Shown one piece after another: positions 56,080 to 64,000 of a stretch of DNA of 64,000 nt. The stretch is taken from the NCBI RefSeq assembly GCF_964204865.1, contig NC_135251.1, positions 15,190,001-15,254,000 on the forward strand, written 5' to 3'. The notes under the pieces are model-generated. The model saw nothing but the letters and a program-made list of their open reading frames with translations. It did no database searches and was not told the DNA's origin. Every line of letters begins with the position of its first letter. Position 1 is the first letter of the stretch. The position numbers were made by a program, and so were the translations under genes. This DNA comes from Styela clava (lineage: Eukaryota).

Positions 56080-58380
56080 ATGGGTGAGCATAGTCAGTTT
56101 TACTTTGTAACTTCATGCATGGGTAAGCTTAGTCAGTTTTAGTTTGCAACTTCACGCATGGGTGGTGAGCATAGTCAGTTTTGCAACTTCATGCATGAGT
56201 TAGCATAGTCAGTTTTACTTTCTTCATGCATGGGTGAGCGTGGTCAGTTTTACCTTGTAACTTCATACATAAGTGAGCGTAGACAGTTTTACTTTGTACC
56301 GTCATGCATGAGTGAGCGTAGTTAGTTTTACTGTGTAACGTCATGCATGAGTGAGCATAGGAAGTTTTACTTTGTACGTCATGCATGAGTGAGCATAGTA
56401 TGTTTTACTTTGTAAATTCATGCATGAGTGAGCATTGTCAGTTTTACTTTGTTACTTCATGCATGGGTCAACGAGTCAGTTTTACTTTGTAACTTCATGC
56501 ATGGGTCAGCGAGTCAGTCTTACTTTGTAACTTCATGCATGAGTGAGCATAAGTAGTTTTACTTTGTACATCATGCATGAGTAAGCATAGTCCGTTTTAC
56601 TTTGTAAATTCATGCATGAGTGAGCATAGTCAGTTTTACTTTGTAACTTCATGCATGGGTCAGCGAGTCAGTTTTACTTTGTAACTCCATGCATGGGTGA
56701 GCGTAGTCAGTTTTACTTTGTAAATCTATGCATGGGTCAGCGAGTCAGTTTTACTTTGTAACTTCATGCGGGGGTGAGCGTAGTCAGTTCTACTTTGTAA
56801 CGTCAGGCATGAGTGAGCGTATTCAGTTTCACTTTGTAACGTCATGCATGGGTGTCATAGTCAGTTTTTGTAACGTCATGCATGGGTGAGCGTAGTCAGT
56901 TTTACTTTGTAAAGTCAATTTTACTTTGTAACGTCAGGCATGAGTGAGCGTAGTCAGTTTTACTTTGTAACGTCAAGCATGGGTAAGTGTAGTCAGTTTT
57001 ACTTTGTAACGTCGTGCATCGGTGACATAGTCAGTTTTACATTGTAACTTCATGCATGGGTAGGCGTAGTCAGTTTTACTTTGTAACTTCATGCATGGGT
57101 GATTGTAGTCAGTTTTACTTTGTAACGACATGCATGAGTGCGCGTAGTCAGTTCACATTTGTAACGTCATGCATGAGTGAGCGTAGACAGTTTTACTTTG
57201 TAACGGCATGCATGAGTGAGCATAGTTAGTTTAAATTTGTAACGTCATGCATGAGTGAGCGTAGTCAGTTTTACTTTGTAAGGTCATGCATAGGTAAGTG
57301 TAGTCAGTTATACTTTGTAACTTAATGCATGAGTGAGCATAAGTAGTTTTACTTTCTACATCATGCATGAGTAAGCATAGTCAGTTTTACTTTGTAAGTT
57401 CATGCATGAGTGAGCATAGTCAGATTTACTTTGTAACTTCATGCATGGGTCAGCAAGTCAGTTTTACTTTGTAACTTCAAGCATGAGTGAGCATAGTCAG
57501 TTTTACTCTGTAACTTCATGCATGGGTAAGCGTAGTCAGTTTTACTTTATAACTTCATGCATGAGTCAGCGAGTCAGTTTTACTTTGTAACTTCATGCAT
57601 GGGTGAGCGTTATCAGTTTTACTTTGTAACTTCATGCATGGGTGAGCGTTGTCAGTTTCACTTTGTAACTCCATGCATGGGTGAGCGTAGTCAGTTTTAC
57701 TTTGTAAATCCATGCATGGGTCAGCGAGTCAGTTTTACTTTGTAACGTCAGGCATGAGTGAGCGTATTCAGTTTTACTTTGTAACGTCATGCATGGGTGT
57801 CATAGTCAGTTTTTGTAACGTCATGCATGGGTGAGCGTACTCAGTTTTACTTTTTAACTTCATGCATGGGTGAGCGTAGTGTAGTCAGTTTTACTTAGAA
57901 AAGTCAATTTTACTTTGTAACGTCAGGCATGAGTGAGCGTAGTCAGTTTTACTTTGTAACGTCATGCATGGGTAAGTGTAGTCAGTTTTACTTTGTAACG
58001 TCATGCATCGGTGACATAGTCAGTTTGACAATGTAACTTCATGCATGGGTAGGCGTAGTCAGTTTTACTTTGTAACTTCATGCATGGGTGATTGTAGTCA
58101 GTTTTACTTTGTAACGTCATGCATGAGTGCGCGTAGTCAGTTCACATTTGTAACGTCATGCATGAGTGAGCGTAGACAGTTTTACTTTGTAACGGCATGC
58201 ATGAGTGAGCGTAGTTAGTTTAACTTTGTAACATCATGCATGAGTGAGCGTAGTCAGTTTTACTTTGTAAGGTCATGCATGGGTAAGTGTAGTCAGTTTT
58301 ACTTTGTAAGTTCATGCATGAGTGAGCATAGTCAGTTTTTCTTTGTAACTTCATGCATGGGTCAGCAAGTCAGTTTTACT
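56080..58380. repeat. Satellite, 38-39-bp monomer (gcatgggtgagcgtagtcagttttactttgtaacttcat), ~60 copies
   Basis: Directly visible head-to-tail array with no unique spacers. Confidence 0.97.
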
Positions 58381-58558
58381 ACAGACCAGACACAGACTTT
58401 ATATGACGTGATATGTTTCGTCTGCACATTTTATCTGGGTGAAATATACCATAACAGTGTTCCAAGTCTCAGATAAGTTTCCGCTGAATTATTGGAATAC
58501 AATACGCTAGCGTTAATCCTCCAGATCTGGTTGTCGACCAAAAAATAGGAATATAATC

Positions 58559-59404
58559 CAGTGGCGGCGCGTGGAAAAAATGCGGTATACCGGTATCTTA
58601 TGTATACGTATGGGTATTAGGATTACACACCGCAGTATTTTAGATACCGTATCAGCCATATATTAAGAAAGCTTAAAGATGTCACAAAACGAAAACTAGG
58701 CACTGAAAACAGACATTTTTTAGATGAATGGCAGTGTTTTTATTTCTTTATTGAAAAAAATCGAACTTCAGCGATTAGTCTTCCGTGCCAACAAAATATT
58801 TCAGTTCTGAAGGAATACAACATTATGCGTTATTATGATCAGTTGACGAGCGTATTTCAAAATTTAATTCATTGCTTGATTCGTACAAAAGTCAAACAAA
58901 CATGTTCAAAATATTGTGAAATGTGTAACAAAACAAGCCATAAATAGCCATTCATACGATGCCATATGCTTGATGAGCAAGTAACTTCATTAGTCATTAT
59001 CAGTTGCAAATTACTTGCTGAAAGCCGTGCTTGTTATTTATTCCTCGGGAATTCTATCAGCTAAATATCATAATTATTAATTTCATTACATAACAAACTG
59101 CGATGCTAGGTGTATCTAAAATCAAGCTTAGGCCTATTTTGGTGCCTATTTCTCAAAATTTTCTGAACCCCAGCCGTGTCGTCGCGCACTTTTTCTCGCT
59201 CCCCTTTTTTGGCCCTACAATTTTATTCTGCGGTGTATTTTGGCTCGCCGTCAATCAATTTGGGGGACCCCTCATGTACATCGTTTCTTAAAGACATACA
59301 AAATTTTGAGAATACAAATAGTTTCATCGCTAATAGCAAATTATTTACCACCCCCTAAATTTCGAACCACCCCCCCAAAAAATTAAAAGCTGGGGAACAT
59401 ACTG
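58559..59404 (+). mobile_element. Composite hAT remnant including a SPIN/GTF2IRD2-type N-terminal fragment
   Basis: Starts cagtggcggcgcg; 58688-58845 encodes KRKLGTENRHFLDEWQCFYFFIEK..CQQNISVLKEYNIMRYY; ends ctggggaacatactg. Confidence 0.6.
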
Positions 59405-59889
59405 GTATGCAAGGAAATAGTTTGGGATAACGTTATCACTTTAAGTCTGCAAAGTATCTCACTACCTAATGATGGAAGACTTGAAAATACATGGAGCATT
59501 CGTGATAGTCCTCTCCAGTGTGACAGAATAGGATTTCGCAGTAATGGTAGGTAGTGGCGGGACGGTTTTACGGTAATACAGAACCGCTGTTCGGAATAGC
59601 CAACATGTTGGCTCCATAAATTCTCATTGGCAGGTTGGTGGGAAATAGCCTGATTTTATGACAATTTCTGTTCATCCCGACTTTAGTTGGAGAGGACAGT
59701 GAAAGACGAACGCAACTGAAAGCCTGGTAATTTTATCTTTATTTTGTGATATTATTAGGAGTGTTTTTTTTTCAGGCTGGGCTAATATATCAGTTCAATT
59801 GAATATATATAAAACTGTATCATGTTGTGCCAGTTAGTATTCGGTAAGTTGCATAATAATAGTTTTATTTGAACGACTGGACAATCACT

Positions 59890-60701
59890 GTATCGTCAAG
59901 CTAATACCCGAATTGTGTAAGTCATCTTTGGCGGCTTTGAGTTTTTATTTATAAAATAGGTATTTATGTAATGGTGCGCACCTGTCTGTTAATTCAAATT
60001 TTATTTTAGGAATTCTGAAACCCATAAAAATGGAGATTTTGTATGACATGACATGTGCAATTGTTTTGTCATAAAGAATTATCGTTGTTACCGCAGGACT
60101 ATTGTGACGTCACAAAGGCAAAATAACCTCGCCGAAGGATTTTCGAGTTTTTGCATCTCAGATTCTAGCTTAGCGCTTATAAATTTGAATTTATTCTATA
60201 GTATAGGAAGGCGTGCACTTGTGATATTCACTGTCTGAGTCCAATTCACCTTGGTTGGCTTTTATATAAGGGTACATTGCTGTTTTATTTTATAATTTCG
60301 GTGGGTTTGCAGAGCATGTTATATTGATGAAATATATATTTTTAAACATAAAAAAAATGTAATTGAAACAGATTAGCAATATTGGGGATTAGACATTGTA
60401 GATACTAGAAATTACATTCGTTTTTGGATTGTTTGGTTTTCAGGACTGGTGCATATAGGCAAGTTGCAAAATTGCGTATGTCCCCAAGCCATAGACACAT
60501 TTCTGCCTAAGTCACAGTGCGCCATTATGACGTCACATAACCGAGTCATACAAATTAAATTAAACCCGGCTACGATCAAAAAATTGAACCATGGCAAATT
60601 ATTGACTCTCAATGGCACAACAATAATTAGGAAGTTTTTTACGTTTTTCTCAAAACTGCTAAAAATGACTTACGCAATTCGGTTATTAGCGTGACGGTAT
60701 G
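59890..60701. mobile_element. Second copy of the 35455-36086 element
   Basis: Same TIR and internal sequence (e.g. cctaagtcacagtgcgccattatgacgtcac). Confidence 0.75.
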
Positions 60702-60997
60702 CTACAGCTCGTGAACGAGTTATATCGATAAATTAATATGAAACATCCATACCGGTGCAATATTGTATTTTTCCCAACCCAATTCAACAAAATTCATTTT
60801 TGCTCAAGATGCATTTTTGATCAAATAAAGTCCGCGTGGCCCATTATGTGTTTTTAACCTAGTCCAATATTTTTTAAAAAGATATACTTTATATTATCTT
60901 TTGAAAAATAAATTTATTTTTTGTTTTCCTAATCACAGATTTGGGAAAATACGATGCTGACAGGAGATTATTGAACGTGTACTGAAATCTGTCAAAG

Positions 60998-62752
60998 ATG
61001 TTGTGCTCCTGACTAACACGACGCAACGCGGAGATAAATAGAGAGGGATTCCTAGCAACCACAATTACGGTAATTAGTTTTGGAGGTATAGATACACAAA
61101 TGAAATTTGGGCGACAGAATTAACTATATGAAAGATTAGGTAGGAGGATATCATAACAATGAGATTTATTGCATTAAGGCTTGCGTAAAAATGAAAGAAA
61201 AAAAAATAACGACCAAAACGAATGATATGATCAAATAAGAAAAAACCTCACATTCAGCAAAATTGGCATCGAAAACTGTATCAGAAATAGGCCTGATGAC
61301 GGACGAATTTGACTAATGAATTCGGCCTTGACCGAATGCATTGAGATTTGTGCCCGTAAACTCAATGGAATTCCTGAATCGAATTCTAATCTATATTCTG
61401 AGGATCTTCGAGTCCGACGTCCTTTCCTTCCAAAAGGCTGTGGACACTGAAAAAATTTTGTGGTATCAATGTTCTGTTACAATTACGGTTTCGCTATTTT
61501 CATCGGTCTCGAGTGCCTGGATGCAAACATCAATTGTCTTAAGAAAGCAGTTTTCAGGATACCAGATTGGATTTATAAGCCGGAAATTTTGCGTCGCTCA
61601 GTCAGACAAAACTTCAAACTATGGTGTCACACTGGCGCGCAACATATGTCACATAATCGATTTCCCATGATTCCGCTGAACTTACCTAATTTTGAGGGTA
61701 ATTCAGGTTCATGTGTTTACTTTCAGAGGTAATGTGTACTGAAACTTCACGCACCAAAACAAGAGAGTCAGTCGGGGAAAAATGTTTAAATTGTCAGCTT
61801 CATGCTTGGGTCAGCGCAGTTACAAATGTTGTGCTTCTTATTAACACGACGCAACGCGGAGATAAATGGAGGGGGATTCCTAGCAATCACGATTACGGTT
61901 ATTAATTTTGGAGTTATAGATAGATACACAAATGAAATTTGGGCAACAGAATTAACTATATGAAAGATTAAGTAGGAAGAAACCATAGCAAGTAGATTTA
62001 GGGCATTAAGGCTTGCGCAAGAATGGAGAAAATGAATAAATAACGACCAAAACGAATAATATGATCAAACAAGAAAAAAAAACATCAAATTCAGCAAAAT
62101 TGGCATCGAAAACCGTATCAGAAATAGGCCTGATGACCGACGAATTCGACTAAGGAATGTGGCATTCACTGAATGCATTAAGATTTGTGCGGTAGATATT
62201 TTTTAATTCTTTTTTCAATGTATTATAGTTATTAGAGCGTATAGTAACTGTAAGTATATTTCAAAGTTTTATGCCCATGAACTCAATGGAATTTTGTGTA
62301 CGACTGTAGTTCCCGAATTAAATTCTAATCTATATTCTGGGGATCTTCGAGTCGGATCTCCCTTCCTTCCAAATGCGGTGGTCACTGAAAAGATTTAGTT
62401 TATCAAAATTCTGTTACAATTACGGTTTTGTTATTCTCGTCAGTCTTGACGAGTGGTAGGCTGCAAGTTGTATCCGTTGTCTTGAGGAAACCATTTTCAG
62501 GGTACCAGATTGGATTTGTAAGCAGTTTTCAAATTTTACGGCTCTTGTCTAAAAATTGAGTGCCAAAAATATTGCCAGCGAAGGCGAAATTTTTGGATCG
62601 CTCACCCATACAAAACTTTAAATTCTGACGTGCAACATATGTCACGCACAATGATCAATTTCCCATGATACCACTGAACTTACATAATTTTGAGGGTAAT
62701 TCAGGTTTATATGTTTACTTTCAGAGGTAATGTGTACCGAAACTTCACGCAC
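60998..62752. repeat. Tandem duplication, units ~60998-61753 and ~61826-62752
   Basis: Shared blocks taacacgacgcaacgcggagataaat, ggcatcgaaaac..gtatcagaaataggcctgatgac and aattttgagggtaattcagg. Confidence 0.9.
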
Positions 62753-63279
62753 AAAAGTCAGTTATCCTCGTTTCTACGACTGTGTTTGTAGCTTTCTTTC
62801 CTATATTATGTCTTGTATTGGACTGTGAACATATTCAAATATATAAAGTCTAAAGAACATTTTATCAGACTCTAGGCTGCTCTAGGCTGAATATGACTTT
62901 CAAAAATGATGGACTGCAGAACGAAACAAATTGCAACATCAACACAACCCTATCGATAGCTGAATTTATTAAATCATGATTTTCATTTTATAAACGTAAT
63001 CTGTATCTGTATGCTTCCATGTATAGTTTGTATGTAACTGCATTACATCTTGATGATTAAATTTTCTGTCTGCTCTATACCCCAGTAAAAGACAGCTGTT
63101 AGGCTGAAATGTTTTAGAACTAAAACCTTTCATTTTGGAGTATTGTAAGTAATTTGAGTCATATTTTTCAGTTCTACATTATAAATTCAAAAATATTTCA
63201 TTCTTCGACTACAATATGGCATTTTTTATTGTGGTAAAAATAATACTTGTAACGTTGATTGCATATGGGGATTTTTCAG

Positions 63280-63856
63280 AAGATAAAACTTGCGGAACTC
63301 CACTGAAAAAGGACATCGAATGGAATAATGTGCGTGAGTAGTGTGAACTATGCTGTTGAAGATAGATTTCATTAATTTTTATGTAACAATTTTTCAGCTT
63401 CCAGCGGGTCCTTATTATGATGTTCTGGATATACCTAAATCAGCGATACCAATCGGCTGCTGGAATATTCAGAATATTACCGAAGAAAAAGATCGCGTGA
63501 TTTTAGATATGACAACATTTTCAAACAGGTATCGTACACCACCCCATTGACCCGTGCTGAGCATAATCGCAATCACCACGACAAGTATTTTTGTTATCAG
63601 GGAACTCAGTAGATTATCTATTCGTGAGGAGTTTTTCCGTACAAACAAAATTGGTGTTTACAAGATGAATAGATTAAGTGGTGAGTGTATTTGGCGCTGC
63701 TATTGATATTTCAACGTCTTATAATTATTACCAAAAATCACGTTGATGTTTCAACGATTTTTTCTATATTCTCGGATTCAGGGATGGAACTGGGAACGGC
63801 GTTACACCATTTCAATGATCATAGTAGCGTCAGAATACGGAAGCTTGCTGATGCGG
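63280..63856 (+). pseudogene. Unknown gene fragment (weakly CUB-like) with an in-frame TGA; exons ~63280-63328, 63398-63680, 63782-63856
   Basis: Phase-compatible exons DKTCGTPL.., LPAGPYY..GCWNI..RVILDMTTF..PPH*PVLS.., GMELGTAL..; probably continues beyond the window. Confidence 0.4.
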
Positions 63857-64000
63857 GTATGCAATTTTTTTCTCTCATTTTTTTTTTTACTGTTTGTTTC
63901 TTTCGATGTTACTTATTCTACCAGAAGGCCGGTGCAATATATTCATTAGTTTTAGGTGGAACATTTTCATGCAATGTTTCTTTTCTTTGGATTATAGATT

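Noticed and set aside
56080-58380. CRISPR-like array
   Set aside because: Monomers abut with no unique spacers, there are no cas genes, and the context is eukaryotic.
61293-61340. ctgatga hammerhead candidate in the tandem duplication (also ~62130)
   Set aside because: No GAAA after a closed stem II, and no stems I or III.

Overview
AT-rich, intron-containing eukaryotic DNA, almost certainly from an ascidian (tunicate): the actin N-terminus [24 protein letters not shown] is of the ascidian muscle type. Spliced genes were reconstructed by hand from GT-AG sites and reading phase. On the + strand: a divergent trypsin-like protease (~1430-7016), a small single-pass membrane protein (9587-11082), an intact muscle actin (18288-19725) and an unknown gene at the right end with an in-frame TGA. 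On the - strand: an IP6K-family inositol phosphate kinase with a U12-type intron (22801-25049), two tandem PhyH-family 2OG-Fe(II) dioxygenases (copy A intact, copy B missing the HQD exon), HemK/HEMK1 (39354-41913) and a decayed gene. The rest is dense in hAT elements, GG-terminus MITEs, a tRNA-SINE, a DINE-1-like element, a decayed ISL2EU transposon with ~870-bp inverted arms, and a 39-bp satellite. The most striking observation is a ~570-bp 28S rDNA piece flanked by TTAA. It starts at the R2/Pokey target site, ends in a piggyBac-like AGGG|TTAA, and lies between a TATA box and the ATG of dioxygenase A. This suggests rDNA transduction by an rDNA-targeting piggyBac-type element. No database searches could be run.
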